A stretch of DNA of 42,173 nt from Bacillales bacterium (GCA_016288305.1 JAEEYW010000033.1:1-42173), one strand, 5' to 3'; shown: positions 9,340 through 20,150, numbered from the stretch's first letter. Numbers and translations: made by a program. The notes: generated by a model from the letters alone, not told the origin.

Positions 9340-9882
9340 TTATACGCTTAATAATTCTTTTTCTTTTTCACTTAATTTTTCATCAACTATTTTATTATAT
9401 TTATTAATTAACTCTTGAACTTCATCTTGACAATACTTAACATCATCTTCAGGAAGTTCTAATTTTTTAATATCATTATTAGCATCTTGTCTTACATTTC
9501 TTAAATTAATTTTAGCATCTTCAGCAACAGCTTTAGCTTGTTTAACATATTCTTTTCTTGTTTCCTCAGTTAAGGCTGGAATATTCAAAATAATAACTTC
9601 CCCGTTATTATTAGGCGTTAAACCGATATTAGCTTCATAAATACCTTTTTCAATAGCTCCTAAAGCTGATTTATCAAATGGTTTAATTGATAGTTGTCTT
9701 GCTTCAGGAATAGATATATTAGCTAATTGTTTTAAAGGTGTTGGAACACCATAATAACTAACTAAGACACCATCTAATATAGCTGGATTAGCTCTACCAG
9801 CACGAATGTTAGTAAATCTTTTTTCCATGCTTTCAATAGCTGTTTGCATTAAAGTTTCTGTTTCTAATAAAATATTATCCAT
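9340..9882 (-). CDS. frr: Ribosome recycling factor
   Basis: IRAGRANP, YYGVPTPL, IPALTEETRKE, LRNVRQDAN. Confidence 0.97.
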   Translation of the reverse strand: MDNILLETETLMQTAIESMEKRFTNIRAGRANPAILDGVLVSYYGVPTPLKQLANISIPEARQLSIKPFDKSALGAIEKGIYEANIGLTPNNNGEVIILNIPALTEETRKEYVKQAKAVAEDAKINLRNVRQDANNDIKKLELPEDDVKYCQDEVQELINKYNKIVDEKLSEKEKELLSV

Positions 9883-10504
9883 AAATCTTCTCCTTTATAT
9901 TTTCTATTCTTTCTTGATAATCACCATTAGTTATATAACTACCAATAACAGCTATATCCACTAATTTAACAGATGAAATGGTAGAATCGTTTATACCACC
10001 ATCAACTTCAATCAAATATGAGTATTCATATTGTTCCTTAATATTTTGTAATTTATCAAGTTTATCTAATGTTGTAGGAATAAATGCTTGACCTCCCTTA
10101 CCTGGATAAACACTCATAACAAGTACCATATCCACAAAAGGTAAATAAGGTAAAATACATTCAATAGATGTATCCGGATTTATAGCTAAACCAACATTAA
10201 CGTTATGTTCCTTCAAATACATAACCATAGACATTATATCACAATTAGCTTCATAATGAAACGTTATAAATTCAGGTTTTAAATCAAGATATAAATCAAT
10301 ATAGTTTTTAACATCACAAACCATTAAATGAACATCTAATGGTTTATGACTATCTTTAATAATATCACGAACATCTGGTGTTTTAGAAGGAACGAACTCA
10401 CCATCCATAACATCAACATGTAAATAATCGATATCACATTTTGTTAATCTATCAATATTACCTTTTAAATCATCAATTGATAAATAAGAAGCTGCTATTT
10501 TCAT
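9875..10504 (-). CDS. rpe: Ribulose-phosphate 3-epimerase
   Basis: HVDVMDGEFVP, DVHLM, VMSVYPGKGGQ, EVDGGIN. Confidence 0.95.
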   Translation of the reverse strand: MKIAASYLSIDDLKGNIDRLTKCDIDYLHVDVMDGEFVPSKTPDVRDIIKDSHKPLDVHLMVCDVKNYIDLYLDLKPEFITFHYEANCDIMSMVMYLKEHNVNVGLAINPDTSIECILPYLPFVDMVLVMSVYPGKGGQAFIPTTLDKLDKLQNIKEQYEYSYLIEVDGGINDSTISSVKLVDIAVIGSYITNGDYQERIENIKEKIYG

Positions 10505-11325
10505 ATACGATCCTTCCTTATAAATTTAATATAATTTTCATATCTAGAAGGTAAAATAGATATACCAATTTGCTTTTTTATTTCACATTCATCTTCTTTA
10601 TCATGCATACAATCACGATATGCACATAAGTTAGCTAAATCATGAAACTCAACCATATTATCTTTAATATGAGATATATCCATCTCCTCTAAAGATAAAG
10701 AACTAAATCCTGGTGTATCAGCACACCATCCTGATAATAAATTAAGTAATTCGACATGTCTTGTTGTATGTTTACCTCTACCTAATGCCATAGATATCTC
10801 ACCAGTTTTAAGATCTAATGAATTATCTAAACGGTTAAGTAAACTAGACTTACCTGCTCCACTTTGACCAGCAAAAACAGTTATTTTATCTTTGAATATT
10901 TCTTTTAATTCTTCATCCGTATTTTCATAAACATCATAACCTATTTTTTTATAATAGTCTTTGATTTTATAATACTGTTCTTTATCTTCTAATAAATCTA
11001 ACTTTGTAAAACATATGATAGGTTTAATATTGTTGTACTCTACTAAACATAGTAATTTATCCAATAAATATAAATCTAAATCAGGATGTTTAACACTGGC
11101 AACAATAAGTACCTGATCAACATTAGCTACCAAAGGTCTTAAAAGAGCATTCTTTCTTTTTAAAATATCAACAATAAGTAATTTATCCTTATCAAATATA
11201 ACATTATCACCTACAACAGGCGTAATTTTAAGGTTCCTAAACTTACCTCTTGCTCTACATTCATATACCTTATCAGCTAACACTGTAAATTTATTACTAA
11301 CTATTTTAATTATTTTACCTTCCAT
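10501..11325 (-). CDS. rsgA: Ribosome small subunit-dependent GTPase RsgA/CpgA
   Basis: TKLDL, GQSGAGKSSLLN, RGKHTTR, DTPGF, C-terminal CxxxxCxHxxxxxC. Confidence 0.97.
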   Translation of the reverse strand: MEGKIIKIVSNKFTVLADKVYECRARGKFRNLKITPVVGDNVIFDKDKLLIVDILKRKNALLRPLVANVDQVLIVASVKHPDLDLYLLDKLLCLVEYNNIKPIICFTKLDLLEDKEQYYKIKDYYKKIGYDVYENTDEELKEIFKDKITVFAGQSGAGKSSLLNRLDNSLDLKTGEISMALGRGKHTTRHVELLNLLSGWCADTPGFSSLSLEEMDISHIKDNMVEFHDLANLCAYRDCMHDKEDECEIKKQIGISILPSRYENYIKFIRKDRI

Positions 11326-11327
11326 AA

Positions 11328-13004
11328 CTACTCACTTTTTTTAGTTACTGTGATAGTTTGTTTTTGACCACTATACACTTCACCAGTTCTTGTTTGTCTA
11401 ACAATTGTTCCTTCCTCTACATCATTATTTACCTCATAAATGATATTAAGCTCGACATTATATTTCTTACAGAAAGCTGTAACTTCAGAAACGGAATAAC
11501 CAGACGTAAAATCAGGATACTCATCTAAAAAGACAGCATAGTATAAAACAATAATATCACCTTGCTCTAATCTTTCTAATGGCTCAGCACTTTGTTCAAC
11601 AACTGTACCTTCTTTATATTTCTTTTGATCAGCTAAAGGTATATTGCGAGCTTCAACAACAACATTTAAACCCGCATTTTTAAGATTAACTTCAACAGTT
11701 TTATAACTTTGACCAGTATAATCTCTAATAGTTACTTTACCACTTTCTTTAGAAACAATTAAAGTTATCTCTGTACCTTTTTTAACTGTTCTACCAATAC
11801 TAGGATCAGTATTTACAACCTTACCAACTTCAACACTGTCACTTTCTCTTTCTTTGATATCTGTGGCAACAGTAAAACCACTATCTCTTAATAAATTTTC
11901 AGCTTCAATAATGGTTAATTTAGATACATCTGGTATTTTAATATCTTCAACAGATGTAAGTGTTGGATAAATAATAACAGCTAAACATATAATTGCTACT
12001 AAAAACGCACATATAGAAGCTACTATTAATAATACAGTATCTTTCTTTTGATGCTTTTTAGATTTATTAGATTCTTCTTTAATAATTCTCTTTTCTAATT
12101 CATCTAAATTAGGTAAAGCTTTTGTTTCCTCTAAATCTGTTTCAGAATATTGATATATAACACGTGGTTGGTTTCTAACATCTTCATTTAAAGCATTCTT
12201 AACATCACGATACATATCGTTAACACTGTCATATCTATTTTTAGGATTTTTAGCACAAGCTTTCAATATAATATTTTCAATAGATTGTGGTATAGCAGGA
12301 TTTTGTGCGCAAATAGATGGAATTGGATCCTTCATCTGTTTGATCGCAACCTCAACAGCATTTTCACCTTTAAAAGGTAATTTACCAGTTAATAATTCAT
12401 ACATTAATATACCTAATGAATAAATATCTGATTTAATAGTTGAACCAGATCCATTAGCTTGTTCTGGAGGTAAATAATGAACTGAACCCATAACAGAATT
12501 AGTTTGCGTTAATTCATTACTATTAATAGCTGTAGCAATACCAAAATCCGTAACTTTAATTTTACCATCATCCAAAATCATAACATTTTGTGGTTTAATA
12601 TCACGATGAATAATATAACTATCGTGTGCACACATAATACCACTTAATAATTGCGTCATGATATCGATAACTTCAGGTAAAGTTAAAGCTCCTCTTTTTT
12701 TAATTAAATTTTTTAAAGTAATACCATTGATATATTCCATAACAATATAATAATTACCATTATATTCCCCAACATCATATACCTCAACAATGTTAGGATG
12801 AATCAATTTACTAGCTGATAAAGCTTCTCTTTGAAATCTTCTTATAAATTTTTCATCTTGCGCTAAATCGCCTCTTAAAACTTTAACAGCTACTTTTCTA
12901 TCTAAAATAGTATCTTGGGCCAAATATACATTAGCCATTCCACCTTCACCAATAGTCTTAATTACTTGATATCTATCGTTTATCATAAATCCGTTAGTTA
13001 TCAT
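11328..13004 (-). CDS. pknB: PASTA-domain Ser/Thr kinase PrkC/PknB
   Basis: GEGGMANVY, HRDIKPQN, DFGIA, GSVHYLPPEQ, TM helix, PASTA repeats. Confidence 0.96.
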   Translation of the reverse strand: MITNGFMINDRYQVIKTIGEGGMANVYLAQDTILDRKVAVKVLRGDLAQDEKFIRRFQREALSASKLIHPNIVEVYDVGEYNGNYYIVMEYINGITLKNLIKKRGALTLPEVIDIMTQLLSGIMCAHDSYIIHRDIKPQNVMILDDGKIKVTDFGIATAINSNELTQTNSVMGSVHYLPPEQANGSGSTIKSDIYSLGILMYELLTGKLPFKGENAVEVAIKQMKDPIPSICAQNPAIPQSIENIILKACAKNPKNRYDSVNDMYRDVKNALNEDVRNQPRVIYQYSETDLEETKALPNLDELEKRIIKEESNKSKKHQKKDTVLLIVASICAFLVAIICLAVIIYPTLTSVEDIKIPDVSKLTIIEAENLLRDSGFTVATDIKERESDSVEVGKVVNTDPSIGRTVKKGTEITLIVSKESGKVTIRDYTGQSYKTVEVNLKNAGLNVVVEARNIPLADQKKYKEGTVVEQSAEPLERLEQGDIIVLYYAVFLDEYPDFTSGYSVSEVTAFCKKYNVELNIIYEVNNDVEEGTIVRQTRTGEVYSGQKQTITVTKKSE

Positions 13005-13737
13005 GTTCCACCACCTTCAAATATGCTATTGATATATTATCCGTGCCCCCGCGATTATTAGATTTAGTAACAAGTTTTTTCAACTTATCATCTAAAGAAA
13101 GATTATCATCTTGAATTACTTTTATTATTTGATCATCGTCTAACATATTAGTTAAACCATCACTACATAAAAGTACACCATCGATATCTCTTTCAACATC
13201 AAAAACATCCATTTCAATTGTACTTGTAGCTCCTAAAGCTTTCATTAAAACATTTTTCTTAGGATGTTGTTTGGCTTCTTCTAAAGTCAATTCACCAGAT
13301 TGTACAAGTAAACTTACTAATGTATGATCAATAGTTATTTTATTTAATTTACCATTTTTAATGACATAACCTGATGAATCACCAATATTACCAAACAATA
13401 GGAAATCTTTTGTAACAATAGCTAAAACTATTGTTGTTCCCATACCCATACTTTCTTCATGTAAAGATGTATATTTATATAATAGTACATTAGCTTCACT
13501 TACAATTTCCTTAATAAAACTAATAGCATCTTCCTTTGTACCAACAGAAGATGTTTCTTGGAATCTTTTACCTATATGAGATATAGCAATAGAAGACGCT
13601 ATTTCGCCTCCTCTATGACCACCCATGCCATCAGCTACCGCTAATAACACTTCGCCCATTTTATTTTCAACAATAATAACACTATCCTCATTATGGCTTC
13701 TTACCTTACCAGGATCAGTTAAATATGAATATTCCAT
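12994..13737 (-). CDS. prpC: PP2C-type Ser/Thr phosphatase PrpC/Stp1
   Basis: RSHNED, VADGMGGH, NIGDS, LCSDGLT, GGTDNI; adjacent to the kinase. Confidence 0.93.
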   Translation of the reverse strand: MEYSYLTDPGKVRSHNEDSVIIVENKMGEVLLAVADGMGGHRGGEIASSIAISHIGKRFQETSSVGTKEDAISFIKEIVSEANVLLYKYTSLHEESMGMGTTIVLAIVTKDFLLFGNIGDSSGYVIKNGKLNKITIDHTLVSLLVQSGELTLEEAKQHPKKNVLMKALGATSTIEMDVFDVERDIDGVLLCSDGLTNMLDDDQIIKVIQDDNLSLDDKLKKLVTKSNNRGGTDNISIAYLKVVEHDN

Positions 13738-14762
13738 TATTGTTCCTCCTTATGCTTAGCTCGAAGTTGTCCGCATGCTGCGCTAACACTACTACCAAAC
13801 TCTCTTCTAATTGTTACACCAATATTATTTTTCTTTAATACATCATAAAATGCCATGATTGTATCTTGGTCACTTTTCTTATATTCAATATGACTTGTTT
13901 CATTATAAGGAATTAAATTAACATAACAATTCATTTTATCTAACAACTTAGCTAATTCTAAAGCATGCTTTTTAGAATCATTAACGCCTTTCAATAATAC
14001 ATATTCAAATGTAACACGTCTATTAGTCTTTGTAATATATTCTTTAATTGTTGGTATTAAAATATCCAAACTATAAGCTCTATTAACAGGCATTAACTGA
14101 CTCCTTAATTCATTATTAGGAGCATGCAAACTAATTGCTAAATTAACTTGTTTACCATCTTTTATAAACTCTTTGATTTTAGGTACAATGCCAGAAGTAG
14201 ACACCGTAATATGTCTAGAACCTAATGCTAAGCCTTTAGGATCATTAATAATATCGATGAACTTGATAACATTATCATAATTATCAAAAGGTTCACCAAT
14301 ACCCATTAATACTAAATGTGAGATTCTAATATTTAAATCAGCCTCAACTAGTAACAATTGTAAAACCATTTCATAAGCTTCAAGATTTCTTACTTTTTTT
14401 AGTCTACCACTTTCACAGAATTTACATCCCATATTACAGCCAACTTGACTAGATACACATAAACTATTACCATAATCATGTTTCATCAAAACAGCTTCAA
14501 TTTCATTCTTATCATCTAATTCAAATAAATACTTACAAACATCCTTACCTATTTGTTTAGTTATTATTTTTAAACTAGATATTGCAAAATCTTTTTTAAG
14601 TTCTTCTATAATATCTTTTTTAATATTAGACATATCATCAAAACTATTTATTTTCTTTTGATAAAGCCACTCATAAACTTGTGTAGCTTTAAATTTTTTT
14701 TCATTTTTAGAAATAAAATAATTTTCTAATTCTTCTTTTGTACAATCATATATATTTTTCAT
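13737..14762 (-). CDS. rlmN: Dual-specificity RNA methyltransferase RlmN
   Basis: CVSSQVGCNMGCKFC, MGIGEP, SLHAPN, NLIPYN, AACGQL. Confidence 0.97.
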   Translation of the reverse strand: MKNIYDCTKEELENYFISKNEKKFKATQVYEWLYQKKINSFDDMSNIKKDIIEELKKDFAISSLKIITKQIGKDVCKYLFELDDKNEIEAVLMKHDYGNSLCVSSQVGCNMGCKFCESGRLKKVRNLEAYEMVLQLLLVEADLNIRISHLVLMGIGEPFDNYDNVIKFIDIINDPKGLALGSRHITVSTSGIVPKIKEFIKDGKQVNLAISLHAPNNELRSQLMPVNRAYSLDILIPTIKEYITKTNRRVTFEYVLLKGVNDSKKHALELAKLLDKMNCYVNLIPYNETSHIEYKKSDQDTIMAFYDVLKKNNIGVTIRREFGSSVSAACGQLRAKHKEEQ

Positions 14763-14812
14763 ACATACACCCTATTAACATTATAACATAATCAAAGGAA
14801 AATAAAACAATT

Positions 14813-16330
14813 TTATAATAATGGTGAGATTAATCTTAAAATATCTCTTTTCAATTTTCTAAATATATTTACCTTCGTATCTGATGGATGAATTCTCTCA
14901 CATACATTAAGCGTATCTAAAAAGTCCGTTTTAATATTTTCAACACATGAAGCTTTATACATAAAGCATCCACATTCAAAATGAAGATATAAGCTACGAT
15001 AATCTAAATTAACTGTACCAACTGTAGCATATACATCATCAACGACAAACGTTTTAGCATGTACAAAACCTTTTTTATATTCATATATTTTAACACCTGA
15101 CGCAAGTAAGTTATTATAATATGCTTTAGTTACTTCATTTACTAATTTTTGATCAGGTATACCAGGAACTAATATACGCACATCAACACCACTTTTAGCC
15201 GCTACTTTTAAAGCTGTTTCTAATTCGTTATCAATAATTAAATAAGGTGTTGTAATATAAATATATTTTTTAGCTTTATTAATAAGATTTAAATATACTG
15301 TTTCACCGACATTTTCACTATCTAATGGTGTATCACAATATGGTTGAATATAACCTGTAGCCTCCATTTTTTCGTAAGTAGGTTTATATAATTCATAATT
15401 ATCTTTCTCATTATTAACGTAATTCCAAATAATTAGAAACATAACTGTATAACTCCATACCGCATCACCTTTAAGCATGATACCATTATCTTTCCAATGA
15501 CCAAATTTAACTTTTTTATTCATATATTCATCAGCTAAATTAATACCACCTGTAAATCCTACCTTACCATCAATAACCGTTATTTTTCTATGATCACGAC
15601 AATTTAGTTTAGAATTAAATACAGGAATAAATTTATTAAAAGAACAACATTTAATACCATATGATAGAAGTTGTTGATAATACTTATCAGGTAACGTTAG
15701 AATACATCCCATATCATCATATAAAATTCTTACGTCAACACCTTCAATGACCTTTTCTTTAAGGACATCTAAGATATTATCCCACATATAACCTTCTTCA
15801 ATAATAAAATATTCCATAAAAATATATTTTTTAGCTTTTTTTAATTCTTCTATTAAATGTTCATAATATACTTCACCAAGTTTCAAATATGTAACATTTG
15901 TATTTTGAAATACAGGAAATTTACCTGTTTTATATAAATACCATATTTGATTATAAGCATCAGATGAATCAAGGCTTTCTAAAACACTAACATCTTGTTT
16001 CAAATAAGCATTTAATCTTGTATCGATACTATTAGATCTATCCTTAGACTTTTTAGTATATCTATTAGAAAGAACAAGATAAATTAAACTACCAAAAACA
16101 GGGATAATTAAAATTGGAATAATCCAAGCTATTTTATAACCTGGATTCATTTCACTGCTTATTATTCTCAATAGTAAAATAATAGATAAAATCAAAGTTA
16201 CAACATAAAAAGCCCAAAAAGATTGTCTAAAATGTAATATTATAAAAACAAAAAAGACAACCTGAATCAAAAGAATAAAAATCGTTATAAATAAACGATG
16301 TGTTACTAAATTAGTAATTTTCCTTAACAT
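14813..16330 (-). CDS. cls: Cardiolipin synthase
   Basis: Two HKD motifs (HRKITVID, HAKTFVVD); N-terminal TMs; start moved to ATG 16330 (SD GGTGA). Confidence 0.93.
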   Translation of the reverse strand: MLRKITNLVTHRLFITIFILLIQVVFFVFIILHFRQSFWAFYVVTLILSIILLLRIISSEMNPGYKIAWIIPILIIPVFGSLIYLVLSNRYTKKSKDRSNSIDTRLNAYLKQDVSVLESLDSSDAYNQIWYLYKTGKFPVFQNTNVTYLKLGEVYYEHLIEELKKAKKYIFMEYFIIEEGYMWDNILDVLKEKVIEGVDVRILYDDMGCILTLPDKYYQQLLSYGIKCCSFNKFIPVFNSKLNCRDHRKITVIDGKVGFTGGINLADEYMNKKVKFGHWKDNGIMLKGDAVWSYTVMFLIIWNYVNNEKDNYELYKPTYEKMEATGYIQPYCDTPLDSENVGETVYLNLINKAKKYIYITTPYLIIDNELETALKVAAKSGVDVRILVPGIPDQKLVNEVTKAYYNNLLASGVKIYEYKKGFVHAKTFVVDDVYATVGTVNLDYRSLYLHFECGCFMYKASCVENIKTDFLDTLNVCERIHPSDTKVNIFRKLKRDILRLISPLL

Positions 16331-16371
16331 ATTATCACCATTATATATAATACCAAATTTAAATAAAAAAT

Positions 16372-16390
16372 AAAAGGGATAAACCCTTTT
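16372..16390 (-). terminator. Probable terminator after secG
   Basis: AAAAGGG-ATAAA-CCCTTTT plus further A-tract at 16365-16370. Confidence 0.55.
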
Positions 16391-16604
16391 AAAATCCAAT
16401 TATTAAACAAATTATAAAAAATAATAACCCTAAAACCATAGTTAAACGTGTTATAAATAATTCTCCACCACGTTCTTTACGATTTGCAAATAAAGCATCA
16501 CTACCACCAGTAATAACATTAGATGTACTTTCAGCTTTACCAGCTTGTAATAAAACAATTGCAATTAATAGAATTGATACTGTTATTAATAATACTTGTA
16601 GCAT
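16389..16604 (-). CDS. secG: Preprotein translocase subunit SecG
   Basis: 71 aa, two TMs, VLLQ..GG..LF..K.RG.E..TRLT; SD GAGGAGG. Confidence 0.92.
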   Translation of the reverse strand: MLQVLLITVSILLIAIVLLQAGKAESTSNVITGGSDALFANRKERGGELFITRLTMVLGLLFFIICLIIGF

Positions 16605-16679
16605 TTAAATACTATCCTCCTCGAACGAGTAATATTTTACCATAGAATTAAAAATAATGCAAATTTATATATTTTGTAC

Positions 16680-16708
16680 TTGTCAACATAGCTAGTTAGT
16701 GTTATAAT
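16680..16708 (+). promoter_or_regulatory. sigmaA promoter of tRNA-Lys
   Basis: TTGTCA-N17-TATAAT with TG extension. Confidence 0.75.
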
Positions 16709-16720
16709 TTATAGTGTCAT

Positions 16721-16796
16721 GTCTTGTTAGCTCAGTTGGTAGAGCAACTGACTCTTAATCAGTGGGTCTAGGGTTCGAATCCCTAACAGGACACCA
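16721..16796 (+). tRNA. tRNA-Lys(CUU)
   Basis: Cloverleaf: acceptor GTCTTGT/ACAGGAC, D GCTC/GAGC, anticodon stem ACTGA/TCAGT with loop CT-CTT-AA, T arm TAGGG-TTCGAAT-CCCTA, encoded CCA. Confidence 0.97.
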
Positions 16797-16807
16797 TTTT
16801 AATAATT

Positions 16808-16832
16808 AACCACTATCCGTAGTGGTTTTTTT
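16808..16832. terminator. Terminator between tRNA-Lys and convergent sigK
   Basis: AACCACTA-TCCG-TAGTGGTT followed by T-tract. Confidence 0.8.
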
Positions 16833-17523
16833 ATTCTTTATTTCTAATTCTAAACTCTCTTAATATTTTAGTTAAAGCTCTTTTTTCAATGCGTGACACA
16901 TAACTTCTCGAAATACCCAACTTAGAAGCAATATCCTTTTGTGTTACCTCTTCTAAACCATCAAGCCCATATCGTTTAGTGATAATTTCTTTTTCACGTT
17001 TAGTTAAAACATTAAAATATTCTTTTAAAGATTTAATATTATCCTTAGTCTGTATCTCACTAGCATAGTCAGGTTTTGGTGTTTTTAAAATATCTAATAA
17101 AGTTATTTCATTACCATCTTTATCAAAACCAATGGATTCATTAATACTTACATTTTTACTATGCTTTTTATCTGAACGATAATACATAAGTATTTCATTT
17201 TCGATACATTTAGCGGCATAAGTTGTTAATCTTGTTCCCTTTTTATAAGAATAACTATCCACACCTTTAATTAAACCTATCGTACCAATACTTATTAAAT
17301 CATCAACATCATTTTTGTGGTGATCATATTTTTTAACAATATGAGCTACTAAACGCAAATTATGTTCAATAAGCTTACTTCGTGCTTCTTCATCACCTTC
17401 CTTAGCTTTACCAACATACAACTCTTCCTCTTCCTTAGATAAAGGTTCTGGAAAAACATTATTTGAATAGGCCGCTGTAAAAAAATATAAATTTTTAAAC
17501 AATCTCTTTATAAATTCAAACAT
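16831..17523 (-). CDS. sigK: Sporulation sigma factor pro-SigK, uninterrupted
   Basis: Short hydrophobic pro-peptide then YSNNVFPEPLS; LIEHNLRLVAHIVKKY, DDLISIGTIGLIK, CIENEILM, IGFDKDGNEI, ISRSYVSRIEK. Confidence 0.92.
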   Translation of the reverse strand: MFEFIKRLFKNLYFFTAAYSNNVFPEPLSKEEEELYVGKAKEGDEEARSKLIEHNLRLVAHIVKKYDHHKNDVDDLISIGTIGLIKGVDSYSYKKGTRLTTYAAKCIENEILMYYRSDKKHSKNVSINESIGFDKDGNEITLLDILKTPKPDYASEIQTKDNIKSLKEYFNVLTKREKEIITKRYGLDGLEEVTQKDIASKLGISRSYVSRIEKRALTKILREFRIRNKE

Positions 17524-17539
17524 AAAACACCTCTATTTA

Positions 17540-17568
17540 AACATATGATATATTCATTTCATATATCA
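17540..17568 (-). promoter_or_regulatory. Putative sigmaE/sigmaK-type promoter of sigK
   Basis: Minus strand TGATA-N16-CATATGTT fits the ATA-N16-CATAnnnT sigmaE pattern; AT-rich background lowers certainty. Confidence 0.5.
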
Positions 17569-17632
17569 TAAAAATTTGATATAATAAAAGTATTATTAAG
17601 CAAAATAAGGACATACTAGAAAGGGTGATATC

Positions 17633-18886
17633 ATGAATTATAAAAAATATAGTAACAATGCTTTTAATATACATATTATAACAACAGATAAATTTAAATC
17701 TGTAACAATGAAAATAAATTTTAAAAAACAAATAAATAGAAAAGATATTACATACCGTAATTTACTTACTAAAGTTTTATTGCAATCAAATAAAAATTAT
17801 CCCAATAAACAACTTTTAGAAATAGCTACCGAAGAATTATATAACCAAGGTGTAAGCGCTAATAATTATGTTTCAGGTAATTACGTTATAACATCATTTA
17901 ATACTGTTTTCTTAAATGAAAAATATACAGAAAAGAAAATGAATGAAAAAGCTATTAGTTTCTTTTTAGACTTAATCTTAAACCCTAATATCAATAAAGG
18001 CGAATTCGCGTATTTCGATATTGCTAAAAGATTAGTTCAAGATGAAATTGAAAGTATCAAAGAAGATACCCGTTCTTATAGTATTCAAAGATTATCTGAA
18101 GAAGTTAATAAAATGATATATAATCCTATCGGTTATATGGAAGATTTAAACACCATAACCAATAAAGACCTATATAACTACTATTTAAATATGCTTAATA
18201 GTGATTTAGTTGATATATTCATAATTGGTAATATCGATGCTGAAAGCACTAAAAAACTATTATTGAAAAACGTTAAAATAAATACAGCTAAGAAGCCAAG
18301 CCTAAGTCACTTTTTGGAAAATAAAATATCTAGAAAAACTAAAACGATTAAAGAAAATATTGATATTGCGCAAGCTAAGCTATGCTTAGGCTTTAAACTT
18401 GATCAACTATCCGACTTTGAAAGAAAATATGTTATGAATGCATATTGTTATATTTTAGGCGGTGGTCCTGACTCTAAACTATTTAAAAACGTAAGAGAAA
18501 AACATAGTTTGTGTTATAACATCAGTTGTTTTTATCGAGCTGTTAGTAATATCATGATTATCCAAGCAGGCATAAATAAAGAAGATGCCAACAAATGTAT
18601 ATCATTAATTAAAAAAGAAATGAATAAAATAACTAAAGGTAATTTTGATGATAATGATGTTAAAGCATCTAAAATAGTTAGTTTAAGCGCCTTAAAAGAA
18701 ATTGAAGACTATCAATCAAGTATCATTAAAGTCTTTGAATCACATGAATATTTAGGCTTTGATTTATTAGATGAACGTAGTTCTTCTATAAACAATATAA
18801 CTAAAGAGGATATTATAAATATAAGTAAAAAAATACATTTAGACACGATATATTTGCTAGAAGGTGAAAATAATGAAGAAAACTAA
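17633..18886 (+). CDS. ymfF: M16 family non-catalytic subunit (YmfF-like)
   Basis: TDKFKS, EELY, ILGGGPDSKLFKNVREKHSLCY; no HxxEH; paired with the next gene. Confidence 0.85.
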   Translation: MNYKKYSNNAFNIHIITTDKFKSVTMKINFKKQINRKDITYRNLLTKVLLQSNKNYPNKQLLEIATEELYNQGVSANNYVSGNYVITSFNTVFLNEKYTEKKMNEKAISFFLDLILNPNINKGEFAYFDIAKRLVQDEIESIKEDTRSYSIQRLSEEVNKMIYNPIGYMEDLNTITNKDLYNYYLNMLNSDLVDIFIIGNIDAESTKKLLLKNVKINTAKKPSLSHFLENKISRKTKTIKENIDIAQAKLCLGFKLDQLSDFERKYVMNAYCYILGGGPDSKLFKNVREKHSLCYNISCFYRAVSNIMIIQAGINKEDANKCISLIKKEMNKITKGNFDDNDVKASKIVSLSALKEIEDYQSSIIKVFESHEYLGFDLLDERSSSINNITKEDIINISKKIHLDTIYLLEGENNEEN

Positions 18887-20150
18887 AATAGAAAAATTTG
18901 ATTTAGATTTATACTATGAAAAACTTGATAACGGTTTAGAAGTATATATGATTCCTAAAAATAATTGTAACAACGTATATGTTACCTTCTCTACCAAATA
19001 TGGTTCTAACGATATTGAATTTGTTCCTATCAATAGTAAGAAAATGATTAAAGTAAATGATGGTATAGCGCACTTTTTAGAGCATAAATTATTTGAACAA
19101 AAATCAGGTGTTGATCCCTTCACTTTCTTTAGTGAAAACGGAGCTGACGCTAATGCAAATACTAATCAAGTAAAAACAACATACTTATTTTCGGGAACAA
19201 ATAATACTATTGAAAATATCAACTACTTATTAGATTATGTTCAAGATCCTTACTTTACTGATAAAAATGTTGAAAAAGAAAAAGGCATTATAACTCAAGA
19301 AATTAAAATGTATCTAGATGATCCTGATACAATTTTATATGAAACACTTTTAAAAAACACTTTCAATATTCATCCTATTAAATACCCTATCATTGGGACT
19401 ATTGAAAGCATCAATAAGATAACTAAAGAAGAATTATATACTTGTTATAATACCTTCTATAATCCTAGTAACATGTTTATAGTCATCACAGGAAACATTG
19501 ATAAAGACGAAGTTATTAAAACTATTAAAGAAAATCAAAAAAAGAAAAAATTTAAAACTATTAACGAAATTAAAACTAAAAAATATGATGAAAAAGATGA
19601 AGTTTGCTTAGAACACCAAACAATTGACGCTAGTAATATAACTATACCTAAAACAGCCATTGCCTATAAAATTAAATATGATAAAAACCTGTATATAAAT
19701 CTATTATATTTATTAATACTATTTGATATTAAATTAGGCGCAACAAGTGATTTTACTAAAACAATGATGGATCAAAAAATAATTAATTCTGATTTATACA
19801 TTGATTATATCAACACTGATAAACATATTGTTATCACTATCTTTGGTGAAAGTAAAACACCTGATAAGTTACTAGAAAAAATAAAAGAAGAAATGCATAA
19901 TTTAGATACAAAAGAAGAAGAATTTGCAAGAAAAAAGAAAACTTTAATAAGTTCCCTTATTTATATTTCAGACAACATCTTCAGTTTAAATCATAATGTT
20001 ATGAATGATATTATTAAATATGGTCAATTTAATGAAGACAAGTATAATGTCATTAAAGATCTTAATTATATCGATTATGAAAGATTTATAAATAATTTAA
20101 ATCTAAATAATACATCTAGTATTATCGTAGAACCAAAAAAAGTATCATAA
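18873..20150 (+). CDS. ymfH: M16 family zinc peptidase (YmfH-like)
   Basis: DGIAHFLEHKLFE, VEKEKGIITQEIKMY, YNTFYNPSNM; ATG 18873 follows SD AAGGTG. Confidence 0.88.
   Translation: MKKTKIEKFDLDLYYEKLDNGLEVYMIPKNNCNNVYVTFSTKYGSNDIEFVPINSKKMIKVNDGIAHFLEHKLFEQKSGVDPFTFFSENGADANANTNQVKTTYLFSGTNNTIENINYLLDYVQDPYFTDKNVEKEKGIITQEIKMYLDDPDTILYETLLKNTFNIHPIKYPIIGTIESINKITKEELYTCYNTFYNPSNMFIVITGNIDKDEVIKTIKENQKKKKFKTINEIKTKKYDEKDEVCLEHQTIDASNITIPKTAIAYKIKYDKNLYINLLYLLILFDIKLGATSDFTKTMMDQKIINSDLYIDYINTDKHIVITIFGESKTPDKLLEKIKEEMHNLDTKEEEFARKKKTLISSLIYISDNIFSLNHNVMNDIIKYGQFNEDKYNVIKDLNYIDYERFINNLNLNNTSSIIVEPKKVS

Noticed and set aside
16831-17523. skin-like interruption of sigK
   Set aside because: ORF is continuous through regions 2-4
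17633-18886. YmfF as a novel pseudoenzyme
   Set aside because: Loss of HxxEH in one subunit of M16B pairs is well known
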